A stretch of 56,438 nt of DNA from Dehalococcoidia bacterium. Its GTDB lineage: Bacteria; Chloroflexota; Dehalococcoidia; GIF9; AB-539-J10. Positions 46,909 through 54,598 of the stretch are shown here, one piece after another. Position numbers and translations under genes: made by a program. Location of the stretch: assembly GCA_014859205.1 (NCBI GenBank), contig JACUUR010000002.1, forward strand, positions 1 to 56,438, read 5' to 3'. Under the pieces are notes generated by a model that ran no database searches, was not told the origin of the DNA, and saw only the letters and a list, made by a program, of their open reading frames with translations. Positions within the stretch are counted from its first letter, which is position 1. The number at the start of each line of letters is the position of its first letter.

Positions 46909-49872
46909 CTACCACTTCTCCTGTGTTAGCCGCAACACCAGCCAGGTCCTCAGGCGTTCGTCCAGCTTGCCAACCCATGACTCTATCTTGCGTATATCTC
47001 CGCTCATGAGGGCGGCTCTCTCCTCCGAAGTCAGTTCGTATTCCTTCAGCGCCTCGGCCGGGTTCTCAGCCAATCGGGCCAGGAAGGCGTTGTCCCGGGC
47101 AGCTCTGTCAAGCACCCCCAGCACCGCATTCACCGCAGATACCTTGTACTCGGGGATCTTGGCCACAGGATCAAGGGCATCATTGGTAAGGATGTTTACC
47201 GCTGCCTCATGCCAGTGGAAAGGCATGAACACAACTCCGGGAGGCGATTTCTCGGTGATATGAACCGGCGTCTCAACTCTACCCCTCTTGGACGAAACCA
47301 CTACCTCGTCACCCTCAACAAGCCCCAGCTTGAGCGCGTCGTCGGGATGCATTTCCATTGCTCCGCCCGGACGCAGTTGACTTAGCACGTTAGCCCTGCG
47401 GCTCATGGTGCCTGTATGCCAGTGCTCCAGTATACGTCCGGTAGTGAGAACCAGAGGGTACCCCTTGGATACGGATTCGGCCGGCGGGGCATAACTCACC
47501 GCGTGGAACTTGCCCTTGCCTCGGGCAAAACCGTCCCGATAGAGGAACGGAGTGCCGGGATGCAGGGCATCCGGACAGGGCCATTGCAGGCCATCCCGAC
47601 CGAGACGGTCGAAGCTGACGCCGCCGTAGATAGGAGCTAGCGAGGCGATTTCCTCCATTATCTGGTCGGCACTCCGGTAGTCGAACGGCTCTCCCATCTT
47701 CTCGGCCAGGGAGCAGATGATCTGCCAATCAGGCCTGGCCTCGCCGGGAGGCATAAGCGCCTGCCGCACTTTCTGAATCCGCCTCTCCGTGTTGGTGAAG
47801 GTCCCATCCTTCTCTGCGAAGGAAGCGGCAGGAAACACCACATCAGCCATCCAACCGGTCTCGGACAGGAATATATCCTGAACCAGGAGGAAGTCGAGTT
47901 TGCCCATAGCCTGCCTGGCATGCTCAAGGTGAGGCTCGCTTAGCATGGGGTTCTCACCCATCACATACAGCCCTCTGATGTCTCCCCGGAGCACGCCGTT
48001 GGCAACCTCGGTAACCGTCACTCCAGCGCGGTCGCTTAGTTTGCGTCCCCAGGCGCATTCGAACTTCGTCCTGACGGCGGGGTCATCGACTCTTTGATAA
48101 CCGGGATAGACATTAGGCAGCGCTCCCATATCGCAGGCGCCCTGGACATTGTTCTGCCCCCGGAGAGGGCAGAATCCGGTGCCCTCCCTGCCCATGTTGC
48201 CGGTGAGTAACAGCAGGTTTGCCACACTCTTGACGTTGTCTGTGCCAGTCGTGTGCTGGGTTATGCCCATGCCGTAGAGAATGCAGGCGCTGTTGGCCTC
48301 TCCAAACAGCCGGGCTGCTGCCTCTATATCGGCCTGGCGCACCCCGGTTACAGACTCCGCGGTGGCAAGATCATACCCTTCCAGAAGCTGCCGTAATTCG
48401 TCGAAGCCCTCGGTACGCTCCCTGATGAAGTCCTTATCCTCAAGACCTTCTCTGAGGATTACGTGCATCAGGCCGTTGATGAGAGCAACGTCTGTGCCCG
48501 GCCTGTGGGCGAGTCTGACGCTGGCATATTCGCTGAGTTCGATGGAGCGAGGGTCAGCCACTATGAGCTTGGCTCCTGCCAACCTCACCCTTCGCTTGAT
48601 CATCGAGCCAATGATGGGATGACATTCAGTAGGATTGGAGCCGATCACGAAGAAGAGATCGGTCTTCTCGAAATCGGAATAAGAATTGGTCATCGCGCCC
48701 TGTCCGAAGGCGGCGATGCCCCCAACCACAGTAGAGGCATGGCACAGTCGGGCGCAGTGGTCGATGTTGTTGGTGCCTATCACGGCACGCACGAATTTCT
48801 GCATGACGTAATTATCTTCGTTGGTGCACTTTGCCGAGCTTAAGGCAGCGATGCTATCGGGTCCGTAAGCTTGCTTGAGACTTAGCAGCCTTTCTGCCGC
48901 CAGGCCAAGCGCCTCCTCCCAGGTAGCTTCACGGAATATCTCCTGTACCCGTCCGTTGTGACCTGCCTCCCGGGCGACGCCTGGCAAGCGGATCAACGGC
49001 GTCTTCAGTCTTTCAGGATGATTCACGAAATCATATCCCCAGCGTCCTTTTACACACAGGCTTCCCCTGTTGGCCGGCCCTTCGGAGTCGCCGCGCACCG
49101 ACACGATCCTGTTGTCTCGAACTCCCAGGTACATGGAGCAGCCCACTCCACAGTAGGGGCAAATGGTCTTGACCTCCTCAGCGGGTGGCTTCTCCCACTT
49201 GGGCGCCAGCGCCCCGGTAGGACATCGCGCCACACATTCACCACAAGACCTGCAAATCGACTCGGCGATCGGCCTGTCACCAAACGTGGCTACCTTTGCC
49301 GAGCTTCCCCGGAAGGCCAGATCAACAGCGCCGACCACGGCTATTTCGTGGCACGCCCGTATGCACCGGGCGCAGAGGATGCACTTGTTCGGGTCTCGCG
49401 TGAAGGCGGGATGGCTTCTATCCAGAGGTAGCACCTGAGTGCTTCTCCGTAACCGGTCCATATGCTCCTGCTCAACGCCTAGATATCGAGCAACCTTAAG
49501 GAGTTCACAGTCCTGGTTTCTGGTACAAGTTATACAATCCCCGTGATGATTGGCACTGATAAGCTCCATAGTCGTTCGCCGTGACCGAGTAACCCTGGGC
49601 GTGTCAGAATGCACCACCATGCCATCAGTGGCTGGTGTAGTGCACGAGCTAACCAGACCCCGCATGCCCTCGATCTCAACGACGCACAGGCGGCAACCTC
49701 CGTAAGGCTTGAGGTCAGGGTCATGACACAGCGTGGGGATGTAGATGCCAGCTTGCAGGGCCGCTTCCAGCACCGTAGCTCCAGCTCTGGCTATGACCTC
49801 GCTGTCATTGATCGTCAGCCTGATGACCTCCGCCTTTGCGTGATGGGTTTGCGCCGCGATAACTGTAGCCAT
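46909..49872 (-). CDS. fdhA: Formate dehydrogenase catalytic subunit, Cys-type, with N-terminal NuoG-like Fe-S domains and a ~70-aa C-terminal helical extension
   Basis: N-terminal 2Fe-2S (CRLCVVEI) and CILCARCIRAC, CRSCGECVARCP, CPYCGVGC clusters. Active-site HCARLCHAST has TGC at 48742-48744 where selenoproteins carry TGA. ATG at 49872 with AAGGAGG upstream. C-terminal tail ...FLARLAENPAEALKEYELTSEERAAL...QEKW. Confidence 0.9.
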   Translation of the reverse strand: MATVIAAQTHHAKAEVIRLTINDSEVIARAGATVLEAALQAGIYIPTLCHDPDLKPYGGCRLCVVEIEGMRGLVSSCTTPATDGMVVHSDTPRVTRSRRTTMELISANHHGDCITCTRNQDCELLKVARYLGVEQEHMDRLRRSTQVLPLDRSHPAFTRDPNKCILCARCIRACHEIAVVGAVDLAFRGSSAKVATFGDRPIAESICRSCGECVARCPTGALAPKWEKPPAEEVKTICPYCGVGCSMYLGVRDNRIVSVRGDSEGPANRGSLCVKGRWGYDFVNHPERLKTPLIRLPGVAREAGHNGRVQEIFREATWEEALGLAAERLLSLKQAYGPDSIAALSSAKCTNEDNYVMQKFVRAVIGTNNIDHCARLCHASTVVGGIAAFGQGAMTNSYSDFEKTDLFFVIGSNPTECHPIIGSMIKRRVRLAGAKLIVADPRSIELSEYASVRLAHRPGTDVALINGLMHVILREGLEDKDFIRERTEGFDELRQLLEGYDLATAESVTGVRQADIEAAARLFGEANSACILYGMGITQHTTGTDNVKSVANLLLLTGNMGREGTGFCPLRGQNNVQGACDMGALPNVYPGYQRVDDPAVRTKFECAWGRKLSDRAGVTVTEVANGVLRGDIRGLYVMGENPMLSEPHLEHARQAMGKLDFLLVQDIFLSETGWMADVVFPAASFAEKDGTFTNTERRIQKVRQALMPPGEARPDWQIICSLAEKMGEPFDYRSADQIMEEIASLAPIYGGVSFDRLGRDGLQWPCPDALHPGTPFLYRDGFARGKGKFHAVSYAPPAESVSKGYPLVLTTGRILEHWHTGTMSRRANVLSQLRPGGAMEMHPDDALKLGLVEGDEVVVSSKRGRVETPVHITEKSPPGVVFMPFHWHEAAVNILTNDALDPVAKIPEYKVSAVNAVLGVLDRAARDNAFLARLAENPAEALKEYELTSEERAALMSGDIRKIESWVGKLDERLRTWLVLRLTQEKW

Positions 49873-49888
49873 TGCTGCCTCCTTGTCG

Positions 49889-52800
49889 TTAGTCTTCCTC
49901 AAGGTCACATCTCAGGCACCGGCTCGCTTCCTCCATCGCCGCCTCCCTGCTCAGGCCGAGTTCGACCTCTGCAAAGCCGCCAAGGCGTTCGCATAAGGCC
50001 AACGTCGACACGCAGACCCGGTGTCTTTCACCTTCCTGGAGCTCGGGAAGTGCCTCCAGGTCTTCGGCCGGGGCCAGCACTTCATCTATTATGCCCGTAC
50101 CGCCCAGATACTTATCTATGGAAACCGCCGCCTGCCTTCCAGCGGCAATAGCCTCGATGACGGTGGCAGGGCCGGTCACCGCATCTCCACCCGCAAACAC
50201 GCCATCCCTGCCTGTAGCCAGAGAGTCAGGGTCTGACTCAAACGTGTTGCCGCCTTTCAGCGACAGGCCAAATGTACTGGCAGCCTCCGGCATCTGACCG
50301 ATAGCAGCGATAATGGTGTCAAATGCCATGCTGAACTCACTGCCCGGAAGCATAACCGGGCGCCTTCTGCCGCTGAAGTCCGCCTCCCCGAGCTCCATGC
50401 GAACGCAGGTCAGGTCCATGGTGCCGCTTCTTCTCTCAATTCTGGCGGGGGCAGCCAGGAACTCAAACTTCACGCCCTCATGTATTGCCTCCTCTATCTC
50501 CTCACTGCTTGCCGGCATCTCATCCCTGGTGCGACGGTAGATAACTGTCACTGCGCCGGCACCGAGGCGGAGTGCACTGCGAGCGACATCGATGGCCGCG
50601 TTGCCACCCCCGACAACAGCCACGTCCCTGCCTGCACTTACCGGGCTGCCACTGTTTACCTCCCTGAGGAACGCGACGCCCTCTATCACTCCGGGGCATG
50701 CCTCTCCCTCAATCCCCAGTTTGGTGCCTTGATGGGCACCGATAGCCAGGAAAACGGCATGATAGCCATCTCCAAGAAGGTCATCAACAGAGCTAATGCG
50801 TGTGTTTGTCCTTATCTCAACGCCTGCGCTCCGTATATCCCCGATCTCCTGGGCCAGTATTTCTCTGGGCAGACGATACTCGGGAATTCCATATCTCATC
50901 ATGCCTCCAGGCTCGGACAGCGCCTCGAAAACGGTAACACCATGCCCTCGCCTGGCCAGGTAATAGGCGGCGGTCAGTCCGGCCGGGCCAGCACCTATTA
51001 CTGCAACTCGTTTCCCGGTGGGAGCAACTGCCCTGACTTTCAGTTTCCAGAGCCCGTTTCCTTGTTCAGCCGCAGCTCGCTTAAGAGCCCTTATGGCGAT
51101 GGTTTCGTCGACCTGTCCCCTTCGACACTTCGCTTCACAGGGATGCGGACAGACATGCCCGCAGATGGAGGGGAACGGTATCTTCTCCCTGATTACAGCC
51201 AGAGCAGAATCAAACTGCCCCAGGCCGATGAACCGGAGATAACGGGGCACATCTACGCCGGCAGGACAAGTATGGCTGCAGGGAGCCTTGACCAGTCCTT
51301 TGCACACGGCAGCGGAACAATGGTGTCTCTTGATATGATCCTCGTATTCCCTACGAAAGTGACGTATACTGGTAAGCACAGGATTAGGAGCCGTTTGTCC
51401 CAGGCCGCATAGGGAACCATCCTTGACCGATTCTGCCAGCTCCTCAAGCAACTCAATGTCATCAGGCCTACCCCTGCCATTGGCTATGTCCTCCAGTATG
51501 TCAAGCATCTGCTTGGTGCCCCAGCGACAGGGGATGCATTTGCCACAGGACTCGAGTTGGGTGAAGGAGAGGAAGAAACGGGCCATGTCAACCATGCAGG
51601 TGTCCTCATCCGTCACCACCATACCTCCCGAGCCCATGATCGATCCTGCCGCAGCCAGGGACTCATAGTCGATAGGCAGATCGAGCAAGCTGGCCGGGAG
51701 ACAACCTCCCGATGGTCCGCCGGTCTGTACTGCCTTGAAGCGCTTGCCGCCGGGCACGCCTCCTCCGATCTCGAAGATAAGCTCCCGCAGCGTAACTCCC
51801 ATAGGTATCTCTATCAAACCGGCATTGGCGACCTTGCCTGTCAGAGCGAAGACGGCAGTGCCCTTGCTCTTCTCAGTGCCGATGCTCGCGTACCAGTCTG
51901 CGCCCTTGCCTACTATCACGGGAATGGAGGCAAGGGTCTTCACATTGTTGATATTGGTGGGCTTTCCCCACAGTCCTGATTGTGCCGGAAAGGGCGGACG
52001 ACTACGGGGCATACCCCTCTTTCCCTCAATCGACGCCATCAATGCCGTCTCCTCACCGCAGACAAAGGCCCCGGCACCCTCCTTGATATGCAGGGTGAAA
52101 TCGAACTGCGACCCCAAGATATTCTTACCCAGGAACCCTTTCTCGCCAGCCTGCCCGATGGCAATACGCAAACGCTTCATGGCTAAGGGATACTCAGCGC
52201 GGCAATACACATATCCTTCGCTGGACCCGATCGCATAGGCAGCAATGGCCAGCCCCTCTATAACTGTATGCGGGTCAGCCTCCATGATGCTCCGGTCCAT
52301 AAACGCGCCGGGGTCGCCCTCGTCAGCATTGCAGATCACATACTTCTGGCTTCCGCTTGAGTTGCGACAGAACTCCCACTTGAGGGCCGTGGGGAAGCCA
52401 GCACCACCCCGACCTCGCAGGCCCGACCGCCTGATCTCCTCGATCACCGCCTCGGGAGTCATCTCGAACAGCGCCTTCTTCAGCGCGTCATAGCCGCCGG
52501 TGGCGATGTAATCCTCGATCCTTTCAGGGTTAATGTGTCCACAGTTACGCAGGATTAGCCGACTCTGCCTCTTATAGAAGTTGACTTCTCGATAGGTCGC
52601 GATTGCTTCGCCAGTGGCCGGGTCTTGATAGAAAAGACGCTCCACCCATATGCCCCGTTTCAGATGAGAGTTGACGATCTCGGCCGCATCCTCGACCCTA
52701 ACATGAGTGTAGAAGATACCTTCAGGCTCGACAACCACTATCGGTCCCTGCTGGCAGAAGCCATGGCAACCCGTGAAGTCCACCTCGACATTGCTCAGGC

Positions 52801-52930
52801 CTTCCTGACGCACCCCGTCCTCGAGTGCCCTGCGGATATCCTCCGACCTGGAGGACGTACAGCCTGTGCCCTGACAGACAAGCACCCTCATGCGCCCCCT
52901 GGAATCGACGCCCTGAATTCTCTCGATCAC
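49889..52930 (-). CDS. NuoF/HydB-like NAD(P)H-FMN subunit fused to a C-terminal GltD/NfnB-like FAD-NAD(P)H module
   Basis: 1013 aa. N-terminal thioredoxin-like 2Fe-2S (VCQGTGC...CHGFC). NuoF motifs [24 protein letters not shown]. aa ~540-945 are GltD-like ([43 protein letters not shown]). GTG start with GGAGG upstream, overlapping the nuoE stop. Confidence 0.85.
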   Translation of the reverse strand: [1013 protein letters not shown]

Positions 52931-53445
52931 TGCTTACCTCCGGAGTGCTGCAGTAGGTCAGTTGCCTTTCTGGGATTCATCTCGCCGTGTGTCTCATTGT
53001 TCACCACCATTGTTGGCGCCAGTGCACAGGCACCGATGCAGGCCACTGTCTCCAGACTGTATTCCAGGTCCGAGGTACTCTCACCCGGCTTGATGCCCAG
53101 ATGCTTCTCGACTTCACGGAGTATGCGAGGGCCACCCCGCACGTGACAGGCAGTGCCTCGACAAACCCTGATGATGTTCCGACCCGAAGGAACCAGCTTA
53201 AACTGGGCATAAAAGGTCGCTACGGCGAAGACCGTGCTTTCCGGCAGAGTGAAGAATCCGGCTATCCTCTTCATCGCCTGTTCCGGCAGATAGCCTAACG
53301 CCTGCTGAACTTGCTGCAACACGGGGATGAGTTCATCCTCCCTGCCTTCGCAGCCGGACAGTATCCTGTCGAGGCGTTCCTCAGCATTCACCCCCTGCTC
53401 AGTCTGGAGCACCTGCAAGTCTTGCGTGGTCGACGGGCTTATCAT
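52927..53445 (-). CDS. NuoE/HydC-like thioredoxin-fold [2Fe-2S] subunit
   Basis: 172 aa. IPVLQQVQ...RVCRGTACHVRG...ETVACIGACALAP is the NuoE cysteine pattern. Confidence 0.85.
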   Translation of the reverse strand: MISPSTTQDLQVLQTEQGVNAEERLDRILSGCEGREDELIPVLQQVQQALGYLPEQAMKRIAGFFTLPESTVFAVATFYAQFKLVPSGRNIIRVCRGTACHVRGGPRILREVEKHLGIKPGESTSDLEYSLETVACIGACALAPTMVVNNETHGEMNPRKATDLLQHSGGKQ

Positions 53446-53460
53446 GTTGCACCTCGCTGT

Positions 53461-53745
53461 TCACCATTTCTCCTGAGACAGCCGGCACCAAAGCCAGGTA
53501 GCTAGCCTGGTGTCTAGCTTGCCGATCCAGGATTCTATGGTTCTGATATCTCCGCTGGCCAGTGCGGCTCTCTCCTCGGCAGTCAAGCAGTAGTACTCCT
53601 TGAGAGCCTCGTGGGGGTCCTCGGCCAATCTCGCCAGGAACTCGGACTCGCTGGCCGCTCTCTCCAGGACAGCGACTAACTCGTCTCGACCTGGCCTTGC
53701 CTGCACCTCAGCCCCTTCGTGCGTTACTTGAAGCGATCTGGTCAT
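53461..53745 (-). CDS. Small helical protein of unknown function, paralogous to the C-terminal tail of FdhA
   Basis: 94 aa from the ATG at 53745 (GGGAGG RBS 8 nt upstream). ...FLARLAEDPHEALKEYYCLTAEERAALASGDIRTIESWIGKLDTRLATWLWCRLSQEKW aligns along its length with FdhA residues ~928-999. Confidence 0.6.
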   Translation of the reverse strand: MTRSLQVTHEGAEVQARPGRDELVAVLERAASESEFLARLAEDPHEALKEYYCLTAEERAALASGDIRTIESWIGKLDTRLATWLWCRLSQEKW

Positions 53746-53865
53746 TTTCTTTGCCTCCCTTCTTTTCTTTTCCATGCTTATTCTAGTATTCGCGGTTCCG
53801 CCCGACATCGTACATAGGTTGGAATCTTGAGTAGCACCTTGGTTACGTACAAAAGGGCAGTCGCC

Positions 53866-53894
53866 TTGCCTGAAAGTACACATGCGCTTATAAT
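53866..53894 (+). promoter_or_regulatory. Candidate sigma-70-like promoter for the NarL-type two-component operon
   Basis: TTGCCT (53866-53871), 17-nt spacer, TATAAT (53889-53894). About 20 nt upstream of the TTG start at 53915. Confidence 0.35.
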
Positions 53895-53914
53895 GGCCTG
53901 CGGACGCCGGAGAA

Positions 53915-54598
53915 TTGGGTACAAAGAATAGGTTAACGGTCTTGATCGCTGACGATCACCCTCTGGTACGCGAGGCACTGCATCAGGCACTGGAGGCCGA
54001 GGAGGACCTGGAGGTTGTGGCTGAGGCCTGTGACGGCGAGGAGGCGGTTAAGCTTGCCTCCGAGTTGAGGCCTGACGTGGCCGTGATGGACATTGTGATG
54101 CCCAAACTCAACGGTATAGAGGCCACCAGAAAGATCAAAGAGGTCGCCCCTGACATAGCGATTCTGATTCTCACTGCCTACGATGACGATGAGTATGTGC
54201 TGGGCCTGCTGGATGCTGGAGCAGCAGGTTATCTCCTCAAGAGCGCCAGAGGACGCGACCTGGCCGGAGCCATTCGAGCCATCAAGTCAGGTGAGTCCGT
54301 GCTCCATCCCAAGATTATCGCCAAGCTGCTGAAGCGAGCGATGGTGGCGCCGGCTCAGGAGCACAGAGCCTCGGACCTGCTGAGCGACCGTGAAATGGAG
54401 GTCCTGAGACTGGTCGCTCTGGGGATAGGCAACAGGGAGATAGCAGCAAAGCTGTTTCTGAGCCAGCGCACTGTTAAGGCTCATCTCACCAATATCTTCA
54501 ACAAGCTCAACGTGGCCTCGCGCAGTGAGGCGATTGTCAAAGGACTACAATGGGGATTGATAACTCTAGAAGATTCCGGCGAAAGGCCCCGCGGCTAG
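53915..54598 (+). CDS. NarL/FixJ (LuxR-type HTH) response regulator
   Basis: 227 aa. VLIADDHPLVREAL...DVAVMDIVMPKLNG receiver domain plus LSDREMEVLRLVALGIGNREIAAKLFLSQRTVKAHLTNIFNKL HTH. TTG start is uncertain. Confidence 0.85.
   Translation: MGTKNRLTVLIADDHPLVREALHQALEAEEDLEVVAEACDGEEAVKLASELRPDVAVMDIVMPKLNGIEATRKIKEVAPDIAILILTAYDDDEYVLGLLDAGAAGYLLKSARGRDLAGAIRAIKSGESVLHPKIIAKLLKRAMVAPAQEHRASDLLSDREMEVLRLVALGIGNREIAAKLFLSQRTVKAHLTNIFNKLNVASRSEAIVKGLQWGLITLEDSGERPRG

Noticed and set aside
48742-48744. Possible selenocysteine at the FdhA active site
   Set aside because: The codon is TGC (Cys) in HCARLCH, not TGA, so this is a Cys-type FDH.
49609-52238. Plus-strand ORFs (49609-50151, 50480-51412, 51557-51979, 51735-52238) opposite fdhA and the nuoF::gltD gene
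   Set aside because: They are antisense shadow ORFs without motifs. The minus-strand proteins are unambiguous.
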